DNA of 64,000 nucleotides from positions 70,866,001 through 70,930,000 of the forward strand of contig NW_027266275.1 of the NCBI RefSeq assembly GCF_022045235.1, in the 5' to 3' direction. A program made the position numbers and the translations under genes. The notes below the pieces were generated by a model that was given only the letters and a program-made list of their open reading frames with translations, had not been told where the DNA came from and made no database searches. Shown here one piece after another: positions 62,854 to 64,000 of this stretch. This DNA comes from Haliotis cracherodii (Eukaryota). Position 1 is the first letter of the stretch, and every line of letters begins with the position of its first letter.

Positions 62854-64000
62854 CTATGTTTTACCAATAGCACATTACCTTCTGTTCAGATGTCAGTGCG
62901 GGCTGTGTGTCAATTATGACAGATGTTCCATAACTGAACACAGTATGATGTTCCAGTAGATTGGCTCGGACATCTGCTATGTATTGTACATTTTACATTG
63001 TTGAATACAATAGGTTTTATGTAGATGATTAAAAGAATCTCTTCCAAAAGCTGAGTCGATTTTAGTATTCCGACAACATCATGAGCATGCGTTTATGAAT
63101 CAATATCAAATAGTGATGATAACAAGTGCTCGCGAAAAACTTAGCATATCCTGTCCCACCGGTGGCAGCTATCCCAAACACATGCAAACCTAAGTCAATT
63201 GTTCACCTGATAAAACACGGGAGCATATCATGGTAAAAGTCAAAAGCATCAGGCATCTGGCAAGTAGCAAAAGAAGTTGGCGTAAAAACAATGGACTGTA
63301 AGGTATTTGCATGTACGACAAACTAACTGATAAATGAACATTTTAGCTTTTTTGAAATATTAACATACCAAATTTCAATGCTCTAAATGCTTCATCAAGT
63401 GGTCCTCACTTATTATCATGAGACGTGAGAGTATATTTACGTGAACTTATACGTGACTGCTTTGTGTATGTGTTCTTACACATACTGTCAAGTCGGTATT
63501 CGTATGGATGCCACTGGTCCATATACATAGGCTATTCATATACATATACTATTACAAGGGTACATGAATTCACACTTAAGTTACATCATATTATGCCAGT
63601 ATTTGCAAAACTTTGTCTTATCTCATAATTTTGACATTAATATTACATAGATTTCTCAGTAACATTACGTTGTTCGAAGACACAAGTGTTCTACATTTAT
63701 ACTAATTCCGATTATAACAATACAGTTTAGGAAGGTAGAGGTGCCGTATGTTTTCGTTGGAATTACACATTAAGGTAAAATGATATGTAATACAATGACT
63801 ATCTATCACTTGGCATCTCTAGGAACACGTCAACTACCTTAATGATATATGTACATACATGCTTCCATGTCAATGATGCTTCGAGGACATAGAAAACAGA
63901 CAAGTAGTCAGTATTTGTGAATATGATAAACTGCCAGGCAAAAGAAAGTACAGAAATGAAAATCCGATTTGGCCAAATTACAAACTTAATCAAAACATTA

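Overview
This is repeat-rich animal genomic DNA with spliced genes and two assembly gaps. It is probably molluscan; the SINE families resemble those I associate with abalone/gastropods (inference). Five protein-coding genes can be built from GT-AG exons. Three are a minus-strand tandem array of 3-exon claudin/PMP22-like tetraspan genes (3773-5381, 14774-23237, 32792-44431). One is a plus-strand 6-exon inhibitor-of-apoptosis gene (3 BIR + UBA-like + heptad coiled coil, no visible RING; 48105-53932). One is a minus-strand GT31 beta-1,3-galactosyltransferase-like gene (61028-62467). The rest comprises four abundant SINE-like families, a decayed mariner with a nested SINE, several MITEs, LINE and Penelope-like fragments, and many satellites. 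Most long ORFs in the track are satellite artefacts. Highlights: (1) an abundant retroposon with no tRNA head whose 5' end folds into a four-helix junction with a kissing loop (candidate unclassified structured RNA or ribozyme); (2) two genes whose last codons and stop codon are amplified into 3' tandem arrays, one giving ~40 in-phase stops followed by a 481-codon in-frame ORF; (3) a RING-less IAP with a VNTR-built coiled coil; (4) ~540-bp inverted repeats bracketing one whole claudin-like paralog.
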